Positions 41,225 through 51,418 of a stretch of DNA of 64,000 nt are shown here, piece by piece (position 1 is the stretch's first letter; each line of letters opens with the position of its first letter). The notes beneath the pieces are model-generated. The model made no database searches and had not been told where the DNA came from. It saw only the letters and a program-made list of their open reading frames with translations. The position numbers and the translations under genes were made by a program. The stretch comes from Candidatus Poribacteria bacterium (GTDB taxonomy: Bacteria > Poribacteria > WGA-4E > WGA-3G), in contig CBDANF010000003.1 in the NCBI GenBank assembly GCA_965197475.1, positions 3,808,001 through 3,872,000 on the forward strand, given 5' to 3'.

Positions 41225-42196
41225 ATGAAATATCTTGTCACAGGATGTGCTGGATTTATAGGGTGGAAAGTTACCGAATTTCTAATAGCAGACGGACATA
41301 CCGTAGTAGGCATTGATAATCTAAATGATGCTTATGATGTGACAGTTAAGAAATGGCGACTTGCCCAACTCCAAGAGTTACCCGAATTTCATTTTCAGTC
41401 TGTAGATATTTGCGATTATGCGTCTTTAGATTCAATATTTAACATATCTTATGATGCGGTAATTAATCTCGCAGCGCGTGCCGGAGTTCGGCAATCCGTT
41501 GAAGATCCGTGGGTTTACATTGATACGAACGTGACAGGCACCTTAAACTTGTTGGAACTCTGTCGTAAAACTGAAATAAAGAAATTTGTGTTGGCTTCTA
41601 CCTCAAGCTTATACGGGGCAAAAAATCTGCTTCCGTTCAGTGAAGAGGCAGACACAAACGGTCCACTGTCCCCCTATGCTGCTTCAAAAAAGGGAGCAGA
41701 GGCACTCTGCCACAGTTACCACCATCTCTACGACATTAACGTAACTATTTTTCGTTTCTTTACCGTCTACGGACCTGCTGGTCGTCCAGATATGAGCGCA
41801 TTCCGTTTCGTCCAATGGATTAGTGAAGGGAGACCGGTAATTGTTTACGGTGATGGCAAACAATCCTCACGCGATTATACCTATGTTGAAGATATTGCAC
41901 GCGGTGTGATAGCAGGGTTGAAACCGCTTGGATATTCGGTCATCAATCTCGGTTCAGATAATCCAATTGTGTTAATTGATACTATTAGACTGATAGAGGA
42001 ACTTGTCGGCAAGAAGGCGGAACTATCACATAAACCGTTCCATCCTGCGGACGTGCGTGCTACGTGGGCAAATATCCAGAAAGCTGAACAACTTTTAGGG
42101 TGGCGACCACAAGTCAGTTTCCGAGAAGGGATAACAGCACTTGTTGAATGGTATCAGGAGCATCGTGACTGGGTAAAGGATATTCCAACCAGTTAA
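41225..42196 (+). CDS. NAD-dependent epimerase (UDP-glucuronate 4-epimerase-like)
   Basis: TGCAGFIG, LAARAGVR, STSSLYG, YAASK, RFFTVYGP.GRPDM. Confidence 0.9.
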   Translation: MKYLVTGCAGFIGWKVTEFLIADGHTVVGIDNLNDAYDVTVKKWRLAQLQELPEFHFQSVDICDYASLDSIFNISYDAVINLAARAGVRQSVEDPWVYIDTNVTGTLNLLELCRKTEIKKFVLASTSSLYGAKNLLPFSEEADTNGPLSPYAASKKGAEALCHSYHHLYDINVTIFRFFTVYGPAGRPDMSAFRFVQWISEGRPVIVYGDGKQSSRDYTYVEDIARGVIAGLKPLGYSVINLGSDNPIVLIDTIRLIEELVGKKAELSHKPFHPADVRATWANIQKAEQLLGWRPQVSFREGITALVEWYQEHRDWVKDIPTS

Positions 42197-42756
42197 GCAG
42201 CTGTCAAGATTTCCACCGCTTTTTCTAACGCACCCTCATCCACTTTCAGTTTGGCGTTTTCTACCTCGCGTTTTACATAAGTCAAAGTATGCGCGAGGTT
42301 CATAGGAGTTGCTATGTCCTGAATAATTTTGTGTAAGCGTTTGACATCGGTTTTCTTAATCCCCGTCTGCTCTTCCACACGAGTATGTAATTCTGCTGGC
42401 GACTCAGGTTCTTTTGTGGATTTATCCGGTTTAGTTGTTGTCTCCTTTGAACCTGAATTCAGCGGTTTCACCGTGTGAGTCCGTTTTCGGGATGTCGTTT
42501 TCTGGATTTTTCCCGCTTTCAACGCTTTAAAACCGCATTCCTTGCACAATTTAGCTGTAACATCAGCCAACGTCATCGTTACAATCACTTCACTGATAGC
42601 ACCACAGAGTTCGCATTCAGTTAGACTTTCAATGCTGGATAGGATATCGGTGTGTAGTGCCAGCATCTTTTGCTTATCGGTCTTTGTTGGTTTCTCTTTT
42701 TGGCACAGCGCGATAAGTTTCTGTGCATCCTTCTCAATTTGATCTAAATTTCCCAT
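42193..42756 (-). CDS. Hypothetical protein with CxxC...CxxC zinc ribbon
   Basis: CELC...CKEC; GGAGG RBS. Confidence 0.7.
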   Translation of the reverse strand: MGNLDQIEKDAQKLIALCQKEKPTKTDKQKMLALHTDILSSIESLTECELCGAISEVIVTMTLADVTAKLCKECGFKALKAGKIQKTTSRKRTHTVKPLNSGSKETTTKPDKSTKEPESPAELHTRVEEQTGIKKTDVKRLHKIIQDIATPMNLAHTLTYVKREVENAKLKVDEGALEKAVEILTAA

Positions 42757-42783
42757 GTTACACCTCCAATAAATGTTATAATT

Positions 42784-42812
42784 AGTATAACATTTGCGAA
42801 AATTACTGTCAA
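42784..42812 (-). promoter_or_regulatory. Near-consensus sigma70 promoter
   Basis: TTGACA-17 bp-TATACT with extended TG, upstream of ATG 42756. Confidence 0.6.
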
Positions 42813-42845
42813 GGAAATTTAGGGTTACATGTCAGTCGATTGGAT

Positions 42846-44417
42846 TTACCGTACCGAATCTTTGTCTTTGTACAGCTTATATTCAAAACTATCAATCAGA
42901 GCCTCGTAACTTGCCGATATGATGTTCTCTGAAACACCGACAGTCCCCCAACTCGTTTCCCCATCGCTTGCTTCAATAAGCACTCGCACCTTTGAACCGG
43001 TACCAGCTTTGGTGTCTAGTACCCGAACCTTGTAGTCCATCAATCGGACTTTCTGTAGGGCAGGGTAGAACTGTTCAAGTGCCTTTCTGAGTGCGGTATC
43101 CAGCGCGTTGACGGGACCATCACCATCCGCTGCAGTGTGGGTAGTAGCATCATCTGGTGTTGTGACCTTCACTGTTGCCTCTGAACGCATAGTGTGGTCG
43201 GTGAATTTCTCGATAATGACGCGAAAACCGAAATGTTCAAAAAAGGATTCATATCCATTAAAGACTTTACGTGTCAAGAGCTCAAAAGAGGCTTCAGCGG
43301 CTTCATATTGATATCCATCGCTTTCGGCTTCTTTGAGGCGGTTGAAGAGTTCCAGTACCTGTGGAGAGTTTTTGTCGTAATTCGGATACTCCATCTCAAT
43401 TTTTTTCATGATGGTGCCTCGCCCCGCCTGGTCGGAAACAAGAATGCGTTGCGCATTACCAACTTTTTCAGGGACAATATGTTCATACGTGAGGCGGTTT
43501 TTACGGATCGCATCCGTGTGTAAGCCACCTTTGTGTGCGAAAGCGGAACGCCCAACATACGGCTGACGTTCATCATGCGGAAGGTTTGCTAACTCACTGA
43601 TTAACCGAGATACGTTCGTCAATGCTTGTAACTGGGTATCGCTGATACACTCAATACCTAACTTCAGCTGAATTGTGGGGATGATAGAGGCAAGATTGGC
43701 ATTTCCACATCGTTCACCGTAGCCATTGAATGTTCCCTGAACATGATTTGCACCGGCTTGCACGGCTAAGACAGAGTTGGCTGCGCCCATACCCGCGTCA
43801 TTGTGTGCATGAATCCCAATAGGTAAAGGGAGTGCCGACATTGCTACTTTAACACCTTCCTGAATTTCTAAGGGCAGTCTGCCTCCGTTCGTATCACACA
43901 GGACAATACATTTTGCACCACCTGCTGCAGCAGCACGTAGCGTCTCAACTGCATACTCTGAGTCGTCAGCGTAACCATCAAAAAAGTGTTCCGCATCGTA
44001 AATCACTTCACGGCCGTTTTCCACGAGATACTGAACAGAACTCTCAATTAATTCTAAGTTCTCTTCTGGTGAAACCCGTAAGACATCAGTTGCATGGAAT
44101 CGCCAACTTTTACCAAAAATCGTAACATTTCTTGTGCTTGTATCAAGCAAAGCAGACAGGTTGGGGTCATCCTCTGGATCATAGGAGGGATATCGAGTAC
44201 TACCAAACGGCACAATTGTTGCTGTCTCTAATGTCATACCTTTTACGCGCTTGAAAAATTCTATATCTTTGGGATTCGAACCGGGATAACCACCTTCAAT
44301 GTAGCGGATTCCTAACTTATCAAGTGCCTCTATGATGATAAGTTTATCTTCTACAGAAAATGCTACGCCTTCAGCTTGGCTACCATCCCTGAGTGTTGTA
44401 TCGTAAAATTCAACCAT
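42846..44417 (-). CDS. cimA: Citramalate synthase
   Basis: YDTTLRDG, LCDTNGG, HAHND, GYGERCGN, AFAHKGGLH, C-terminal GPVNALD regulatory domain. Confidence 0.9.
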   Translation of the reverse strand: MVEFYDTTLRDGSQAEGVAFSVEDKLIIIEALDKLGIRYIEGGYPGSNPKDIEFFKRVKGMTLETATIVPFGSTRYPSYDPEDDPNLSALLDTSTRNVTIFGKSWRFHATDVLRVSPEENLELIESSVQYLVENGREVIYDAEHFFDGYADDSEYAVETLRAAAAGGAKCIVLCDTNGGRLPLEIQEGVKVAMSALPLPIGIHAHNDAGMGAANSVLAVQAGANHVQGTFNGYGERCGNANLASIIPTIQLKLGIECISDTQLQALTNVSRLISELANLPHDERQPYVGRSAFAHKGGLHTDAIRKNRLTYEHIVPEKVGNAQRILVSDQAGRGTIMKKIEMEYPNYDKNSPQVLELFNRLKEAESDGYQYEAAEASFELLTRKVFNGYESFFEHFGFRVIIEKFTDHTMRSEATVKVTTPDDATTHTAADGDGPVNALDTALRKALEQFYPALQKVRLMDYKVRVLDTKAGTGSKVRVLIEASDGETSWGTVGVSENIISASYEALIDSFEYKLYKDKDSVR

Positions 44418-44639
44418 GTTGCGTCTAACAGCAAGTTTTGGCTTGCAAACTTCGCCCTACAACGCCAAAATTCAATGTCTCCTTTATGTGGCAATACCCG
44501 TTTAATTCTTTATTGGAATTCTATCACATTTCAGGGAAAAAGTCAAGATTATTGTAATCGTACATTTATCTTGCAACTCTTGTAAATTCACAAGATGTTT
44601 TGCTTTCATAATCTAAAAAAGTATGCTACTATTAAAATC

Positions 44640-45905
44640 ATGAGAAGCAATAATATCTTTCTTATCTGCTGCGTATTGTTGTTTGCAAGTTGTGGGATAT
44701 TGACAACAAAACCGATCGAAACCCCACCGCCAACAACGCCTTGTGACTCACTCGAAAAACTACATACTGATATAGATACTGTTTTGCAGGACGTGTTGTT
44801 TACAACTGCAAGTATCGGCATAAAGGTGGTTGCAGTTGAAACAGGTGAGGTGGTTTACGCTAAAAACGCGCAAAAATTACATCATCCCGCTTCTACGACG
44901 AAACTCTTTACGGCAGCAACTGCTCTGGCGAAACTGGGATCGGACTATCAGTTTGAAACAACGCTTTATATTGATATGGCTACAGACGCACAAATGGTAG
45001 AAAATGTCTATCTCAAAGGCAGTGCTGATCCGGTGCTTCAGTCTGAAGATATAGTAAAATTGTGTGATGCGTTAGTTCAATCTGGCATAACCTCAATAGA
45101 GGGTGACATTGTTATTGACGAAACCTACCTTGACACTGTTCGGGAAGGTCCAGGATGGATGTGGGATGATAAACTACTTCGGATTAGTGCTTTAAGTATC
45201 CGAAGCATTGAACCTGATACGAGCATGGAAAGTAGAGCCATCGCATGTGGACATCTTCTGAAAACCACACTGATGCAAAAAGGCATTAATGTAGTAGGAC
45301 AGGTGGTATCGGGAAAGGTGCCATCAGATGCACGTAGTGTCGCTACACATCTGTCGCCGCCACTTGCCGACATTATCAAATTGATGAATAAACCGAGCGA
45401 CAATTGGATTGCGGAGTTCCTTTTCAAAACAATTGGTGCTGAAGTGAAAGGCGAACCGGGAACATGGAAAAAAGGGAGAGAGGCTGTCACTGAATTTTTA
45501 GGTGAAATAATGGGTGAACCACCTGCACACCGATTTGTTGATGGTTCTGGACTTTCTCGGTACAATCTCCTCAACACTGAATTGCTCACAAAGCTGCTTG
45601 TTTATATGTATCACAATTTTGAGTTGATGCCAGAGTATATGGCATCGCTGCCGATTGCTGGTGTTGATGGCACGTTAAAAAATCGGATGCAAGGGATGTA
45701 TGCTGAAAAAACATTGCGTGCAAAAACGGGGACGTTGAGTGGTGTTTCCGCGCTTGCTGGCTATACCAAAACAGCGGAAGGTGAAGTATTTGCATTCGGT
45801 ATTCTTATTAGCCATTATGTTGGATCGGCGACATCAGCGCGGGGTATTCAGGATAAAATTGGGAATTATCTAGCTCGGTTTAGTCGGCATTTGACTAAAG
45901 AATAA
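44640..45905 (+). CDS. dacB: D-Ala-D-Ala carboxypeptidase PBP4 (S13), lipoprotein
   Basis: Lipobox LFASC; PASTTK, SDN, DGSGLSR, AKTGTL. Confidence 0.9.
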   Translation: MRSNNIFLICCVLLFASCGILTTKPIETPPPTTPCDSLEKLHTDIDTVLQDVLFTTASIGIKVVAVETGEVVYAKNAQKLHHPASTTKLFTAATALAKLGSDYQFETTLYIDMATDAQMVENVYLKGSADPVLQSEDIVKLCDALVQSGITSIEGDIVIDETYLDTVREGPGWMWDDKLLRISALSIRSIEPDTSMESRAIACGHLLKTTLMQKGINVVGQVVSGKVPSDARSVATHLSPPLADIIKLMNKPSDNWIAEFLFKTIGAEVKGEPGTWKKGREAVTEFLGEIMGEPPAHRFVDGSGLSRYNLLNTELLTKLLVYMYHNFELMPEYMASLPIAGVDGTLKNRMQGMYAEKTLRAKTGTLSGVSALAGYTKTAEGEVFAFGILISHYVGSATSARGIQDKIGNYLARFSRHLTKE

Positions 45906-46104
45906 TTCCTGAGAGAGTATGAGTAAAGAAAGTGCTGTTCTATCAAAGCATTTTGCTTGTTCTTTAGATTCTTGTATGCTATAATAATTGAGAATTGTGA
46001 CGTAGATCCAACAAGATAGTGAAATGCATTGTCTCCAGGGTTTCATCCGCCATTGAAAATAGATACATCTTTTGAGACAGTATACATACTATACGACTAA
46101 TTTT

Positions 46105-46425
46105 ATGCGAATAGTTCGAGAAAATGAATTAACGAAATTTGCTATACGACATCCTAATACACGAGATTCTCTTAACCGTTGGACACAATTGATGAGGGAA
46201 GGAAATTTTAAGTTAATTATTGAGTTGCGTGAAACGTTCGGACGCGTTTCTCCAGTGAAGGTTCGTCCTCAAAGATTTAATCGCAACCCAATTACACTGA
46301 CGGTTTTCAACATTAGTGGAAATGATGCTCGCCTGATTACAGTTGTTCAGTACACAATGCAGGTTGTGGTTATTGATCAGGTGTTAACTCATAACGAATA
46401 TGATACAGGAAATTGGAGAAAATGA
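46105..46425 (+). CDS. higB: HigB-family mRNase toxin
   Basis: MRIV...F..RHP...L..W, VFNISGN..RLI, LTHNEYD.G.W. Confidence 0.85.
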   Translation: MRIVRENELTKFAIRHPNTRDSLNRWTQLMREGNFKLIIELRETFGRVSPVKVRPQRFNRNPITLTVFNISGNDARLITVVQYTMQVVVIDQVLTHNEYDTGNWRK

Positions 46426-46428
46426 ATT

Positions 46429-48525
46429 ATGTTAACTGAGATGTCTATTGGACAAAAATTGTCACAAACATCAACATATTCAGAATCTAATTTCTCCCTT
46501 GATTACACTGAGATTAGCACTTTACTCCAAAAAGAGGCAATTGCTGAGTTCAGTGTGAAGCAGCTGAATATGATGTCGGAATTTGCACCTGAAATTTTGA
46601 TGTTTCCTTCTGAACCAAAGCATACCTCTACACAACAAATTGAATTTGATCCTTACCCAGAAAGCGATTACGAATGGCTTGAGGAAGTTCTAAAAGGGTT
46701 AACTGACTTAGTAATGCAAAACGAGAATCATGATTTTGCCTCATTGACAAAAACTGATTATAAAAGACTTGATGAAACGTTGAAAGAGTTAATCTATATC
46801 GTCGGTGATAATGATGAACATCCCTTGGCATCATTGATGGATTTTATCGGTGTTCTCACCACAAAGTATGAAAATGATCATTTTCCAAAACTGACAGATT
46901 TATTTCCTGAACTAATGGAAGGAGTAAATCCGAACTACATGAAAGATGAGGATAAAAGGGAAAATCCTACCAGTGCATCTGAAAAATCCATAAACGCTTT
47001 AGCCGCAGAGGCTTTTTTCTCCATCGGAAACCTTTTTTTGGAAGGAGGTAAGAAAAAAGATGCAATTTCTGCTTACGATCAGGCAATACGTTTGCATCGA
47101 AATTACGCTATGGCTTTCTACTATCGCGGCGAAGTTAAACGGGCACAGAGAAATTATGAATCTGCAGTTGACGACTTTAATGAAGTACTTCGGATTAATC
47201 CTGTTGATATTTATGCCTACCTCAGACGTGCCAGTGTAAAATGCGCGCTGAGTCAATATGAAACTGCTATTGCTGATTTCGATGAAGTTATCCAATTGAA
47301 TTCGGATGAAGTTTGTGTTTACTCTGCTTACCTCATTCGCGGTTGTATAAATAGGGTACTTGGTCAATATGAGGCTGCCATTACTGACGTTAATAACGCA
47401 CTTCAATTAACAGTGGATGAGACCTCTGTCCATATTGCTTACGCGACTCGGGGCGGTGCAAGAAACGCTCTTGGGCAACATAAGGAAGCTATTTGTGATT
47501 TTAACGAGGTTCTTTTACACAACCCAGATGATGGAACAACGTATTTTATGCGAGGGTACGCAAAGTCAGTGCTAGGTCAACATGAGGCTGCGATTGCTGA
47601 TTATAACGAAGCATTACACTATAACTCTGACGATGCGGAGACCTACTTCAGACGGGGACTAAGTAAGGTAATGCAAGAAATGTTGGATTCTGCCATTGCT
47701 GACTTTGATGAGAGTATCCGACTTAGACCAGATTATTTCTATATTTTCCTTATGCGGGGAGTAGCGATGTTCATGAAAGGGGAACTTGAAGAAGCGATTA
47801 AAGACCTCAATATAGCCCTAAACCTAAAAGTTGATTCTGCTATAGATATGACAGATTTTGCTTATTTCCTCCGTGGAAATGTAAAAAGTCTGATCGGACA
47901 GTACGCAGACGCTATTATAGACTATAGTGAGACCATTCGATTAAAACCCAATTATCCACAAGCATACAAAAGCAGAGGGGATGCAAAGCGGGAATTAGGT
48001 CAACTTGAAGATGCTATTGTTGATTATGATAGTGCTCTCTGCTTAAAACAGGATGCTGTTACCTATTATAACCGTGGATATATAAAAGGACAGTTAGAAA
48101 GACACGAGTTTGCAATTCGTGACTACAGCGAGGCTATCCGACTCGATCCAGATTATGCGTATGCTTACCTTAACAGAGGAATTGATCAAGGTAAACTAGG
48201 TCAACTTGAAGATGCTATTGCTGACTTTGATAAGACTATCCAATTAAATAAAGATTGTATCTATGCTTACCACAATCGTGGAATTTCTAAAATCTTACAA
48301 GGTAACTATGAAGATGCTATTGCTGACTGTACCGAATCCATCTGTCTTAGTTTGGATTATGCTGAAGCCTATGATACACGAGGTAAAGCAAATCTCATAT
48401 TGGGTAGAACTCAGGAAGCAAGAATAGATTTTCAAAAAACTTTGGAATTGGCAGAACAAGAAGACAACCAAGAACTTATAGATGAAGTTAAACAATCACT
48501 GCAAGAACTTGACAACACTGAGTAG
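46429..48525 (+). CDS. HigA N-terminal (toxin-binding) segment fused to a long TPR array
   Basis: DYKRLDETLKELIYIVGDNDEHPLASLMDFIGVLTTKYENDHFP followed by >12 TPRs (AY..RG...AI.DY..AI.L.P); no HTH. Confidence 0.8.
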   Translation: MLTEMSIGQKLSQTSTYSESNFSLDYTEISTLLQKEAIAEFSVKQLNMMSEFAPEILMFPSEPKHTSTQQIEFDPYPESDYEWLEEVLKGLTDLVMQNENHDFASLTKTDYKRLDETLKELIYIVGDNDEHPLASLMDFIGVLTTKYENDHFPKLTDLFPELMEGVNPNYMKDEDKRENPTSASEKSINALAAEAFFSIGNLFLEGGKKKDAISAYDQAIRLHRNYAMAFYYRGEVKRAQRNYESAVDDFNEVLRINPVDIYAYLRRASVKCALSQYETAIADFDEVIQLNSDEVCVYSAYLIRGCINRVLGQYEAAITDVNNALQLTVDETSVHIAYATRGGARNALGQHKEAICDFNEVLLHNPDDGTTYFMRGYAKSVLGQHEAAIADYNEALHYNSDDAETYFRRGLSKVMQEMLDSAIADFDESIRLRPDYFYIFLMRGVAMFMKGELEEAIKDLNIALNLKVDSAIDMTDFAYFLRGNVKSLIGQYADAIIDYSETIRLKPNYPQAYKSRGDAKRELGQLEDAIVDYDSALCLKQDAVTYYNRGYIKGQLERHEFAIRDYSEAIRLDPDYAYAYLNRGIDQGKLGQLEDAIADFDKTIQLNKDCIYAYHNRGISKILQGNYEDAIADCTESICLSLDYAEAYDTRGKANLILGRTQEARIDFQKTLELAEQEDNQELIDEVKQSLQELDNTE

Positions 48526-48548
48526 AATAGACATCTTCATTCACACCA

Positions 48549-49307
48549 CTACGAAATATCAGGTGGCGGCTCACCCACAGCAGACTTCCCATCTTTCAAC
48601 AACGGCTCCGCACTACCCCACAAACGGCTACCATCGTGTGAAAGAAGAGGCTCTGCGGAATACTGTGCAAGGTACGCACGCCGCATCGTGTTTGTAGAGT
48701 TCGTGCCGCTACAGTGAAAATTGATACTTGTAAACACAACAATGCTCCCCGCAGGCACGATGGCAGGCACACCCTTTTCCGGACCGAAATATCCCACAAG
48801 ATCGTTGCTTTCCTCATCACGGATATGCTTCACCCACGAACGAACGCCAATGTGTGAAAACGGCATAACATATACTGTGCCATTCTCCTCAGACATATCA
48901 TCAAGCGCACACCAGCATGTTAGATAAGGTTTATGATCCGGGTAACCGACATAACCTGAATCCTGATGCCAACTAAACTTCATACCTGCCTCAGCACCTT
49001 TGACAACATACTGTTCCCAAAAAAGATAAGCGGTATCACCTAAGGTAGCACGGCATACATCAGCCATCAGATCGCTGCACAGAAATTCTCGAAGCGTTGG
49101 TTGTTGTCTGAAGCAGTTTGAAACAAAATAACGTTTGTTCCTATGATTAAGACCGAGCACATCTGTGTTTTCCCGATCCATCCGCTCATCCATCTGACTG
49201 ATGAATGTTCCGCATTCGCCACGAAGCAGCTCAGGAATCACACTCTCCAAAATGAAGTAGCCTTCTTTTTGGTACTGCTGCTTCTGTTCATCGGTTATGT
49301 TTATCAC
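48549..49307 (-). CDS. PhyH-family dioxygenase
   Basis: WHQDSGY, ENGT, FHCSG.N...RR; GTG start after AGGAG. Confidence 0.85.
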   Translation of the reverse strand: MINITDEQKQQYQKEGYFILESVIPELLRGECGTFISQMDERMDRENTDVLGLNHRNKRYFVSNCFRQQPTLREFLCSDLMADVCRATLGDTAYLFWEQYVVKGAEAGMKFSWHQDSGYVGYPDHKPYLTCWCALDDMSEENGTVYVMPFSHIGVRSWVKHIRDEESNDLVGYFGPEKGVPAIVPAGSIVVFTSINFHCSGTNSTNTMRRAYLAQYSAEPLLSHDGSRLWGSAEPLLKDGKSAVGEPPPDIS

Positions 49308-49318
49308 AATTCGTTCTC

Positions 49319-50452
49319 CTATTTGATAAGAATCTTGCGGACAATCTGTCCGTTGCTTTCCCAATAGGTCTGTTTTCCTGTAATGTAGTCAGAATCAGCT
49401 GCCGGTTGGATATTGCCATCAGTATCAATTGCTCTTGAAACGATGGTGTGTTCACCTTTTAACGGATTGTCCCATTTGAGATGCCAGATTTTCCATGCGA
49501 ATTCTGCATCTTCTTCAGGGTCAATAGTTGCCTTTTGCCAAGGTCCGCCGTCAATGCTGACCTCAACTTTCTGTATAGGTGCACCCCAGGCAGCTCCATA
49601 GATACGGTATTCATCGCCTATATGTGTCACCTTTGCAGCTAAGGATTTCAATTGCGTTTTTCCGACAGAAGTTTCCATCCAGACCTCTTCACCGTCGGGA
49701 CGGGTTTCTTTACGTATTGTTACATAGTCTCGACCCATGAATCTTCCCATAAACTGGGTATCACGAACCTCAATACGTTTGAGCCATTTGACGCATGCAA
49801 TGCCATACCAACCAGGGGCAATTAGACGAAGTGGTGCCCCGTTCCCATCAGGCAAAGGTTCACCGTTCATCTCGTAACAGAGTAGGTGAGTGTCCTGCAG
49901 TGCGTCTTCAACAGACATGCTCCGTGCAAAGTTTTGCCGCATTTTGACCTTTCTCACTTCCTCCGTGCCAGAGTCGTGTCCGAAGAAAATAACCTCAATA
50001 CCTTTCTCTTGGATACCTGCCTCTTTAAGAATAGGTGCAAGGGGTGTACCGCCCCATTTTGCGTTACCGATTGCACCAGTGAATGTAGGAAAGCCGTGAT
50101 TACCGGAACATTCTAAAGTAAAGGTCACATCCTGCTTTGGTCGTGCCTTGATATCTTCAATAGTCAGCATCAGTGGATTGTCAACCAAACCACTGATTTC
50201 CAGTGTCCATGTCGCGAGATCTATTTTTGGTCTGCCGTAATGAGATACGTTAAAGAACTTATCGTTCGGTGTGATGAACGCATCCAATTCAGTCCAATCA
50301 AGCAGAACTCGCTTTGAAGATGATTCAGGCTGATCAAGAAAAGGAATGAGTTCTTCACCTTCGCGACTTGGGAAAGCGTAAACTGCCATAGGACTTAACA
50401 GTAATCCTGTAAGTGTTAAGCCACTACGTCGTAAAAAATCTCTGCGCTTCAT
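49319..50452 (-). CDS. Tat-exported sulfite oxidase-family molybdopterin oxidoreductase
   Basis: MKRRDFL; LECSGN, MNGEPL..GAPLRLI.PGWYG..VKWL; C-terminal dimerisation Ig domain. Confidence 0.9.
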   Translation of the reverse strand: MKRRDFLRRSGLTLTGLLLSPMAVYAFPSREGEELIPFLDQPESSSKRVLLDWTELDAFITPNDKFFNVSHYGRPKIDLATWTLEISGLVDNPLMLTIEDIKARPKQDVTFTLECSGNHGFPTFTGAIGNAKWGGTPLAPILKEAGIQEKGIEVIFFGHDSGTEEVRKVKMRQNFARSMSVEDALQDTHLLCYEMNGEPLPDGNGAPLRLIAPGWYGIACVKWLKRIEVRDTQFMGRFMGRDYVTIRKETRPDGEEVWMETSVGKTQLKSLAAKVTHIGDEYRIYGAAWGAPIQKVEVSIDGGPWQKATIDPEEDAEFAWKIWHLKWDNPLKGEHTIVSRAIDTDGNIQPAADSDYITGKQTYWESNGQIVRKILIK

Positions 50453-50462
50453 AATACTTCCT

Positions 50463-51188
50463 TTACGCTTTCATAGCAGCGACGTAGTTGAGGTTAACCT
50501 GTGTCCAATTGACGACTTTGCTCCACGCATCAATATAATCGGCGCGTCTGTTTTGATATTTCAGATAGTAAGCATGTTCCCAAACATCAAGTCCAAGAAT
50601 AGGTGTATGCCCCTGCATCAGTGGACTATCCTGATTCTTAGTGGCGTAAATCTGCAATTTCTTCTTATCATCAACAACGAGCCAAGCCCAACCTGATCCG
50701 AAATGCGTTTTTGCTGTTTTGTCAAACATCTCGCTGCCTGCATCAAGCGAACCAAAGGCGGATTGAATAGCTTCTGCAACTTTCCCTTTTAATTCTCTAC
50801 CGCCAGAAATCATAGCACTCCAGAATAGCGTGTGATTGGCATGTCCACCACCGCTATTAATAACGGCTTGGCGGATATTCATCGGCACTTTTTCGATATT
50901 TCGAAGCAAATCCTCAATTGACTGGTCTGCTAAGTCATGATTGTCTCCGACAGCAGCATTGAGTTTATTCACATAACTTTGGTGATGTTTACCGTGATGG
51001 ATTTCCATTGTACGTTTGTCAATATGCGGTTCAAGTGCATCATATTTATAACGTAGTTTTGGAAGTTCGTAACCGTGTTCATGCTCATCATGTTCATCTT
51101 GTTGTGCATAGAGACTAAATGGATTGGTAGCCAGAAACATTCCTGCTAATGCTGTGCTTCCAGTAATTAAAAAGTTTCTACGGTTCAT
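50463..51188 (-). CDS. sodA: Tat-exported Mn(Fe) superoxide dismutase
   Basis: MNRRNFL; [31 protein letters not shown]. Confidence 0.9.
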   Translation of the reverse strand: MNRRNFLITGSTALAGMFLATNPFSLYAQQDEHDEHEHGYELPKLRYKYDALEPHIDKRTMEIHHGKHHQSYVNKLNAAVGDNHDLADQSIEDLLRNIEKVPMNIRQAVINSGGGHANHTLFWSAMISGGRELKGKVAEAIQSAFGSLDAGSEMFDKTAKTHFGSGWAWLVVDDKKKLQIYATKNQDSPLMQGHTPILGLDVWEHAYYLKYQNRRADYIDAWSKVVNWTQVNLNYVAAMKA

Positions 51189-51274
51189 GGATTCTCCTCA
51201 TCTTGTTGTTTTGACATTATTTTAGCAAAAATTGTGGGTTTGTGTCAAGTAGTATAAATGTTTCCAAAATTCTT

Positions 51275-51304
51275 TTGACAATTGAGCAGATGTTTGGTTA
51301 AAAT
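51275..51304 (+). promoter_or_regulatory. Sigma70 promoter
   Basis: TTGACA-18 bp-TAAAAT. Confidence 0.45.
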
Positions 51305-51418
51305 AATAGATGTGGAAAACACAATAATGCAGATATATAACATAAACTTGGCACATACTTTTGAGACAGGGAACCGATATTATCCACAGTTGAGCGACGT
51401 TAGCAACGATTAAATCTT

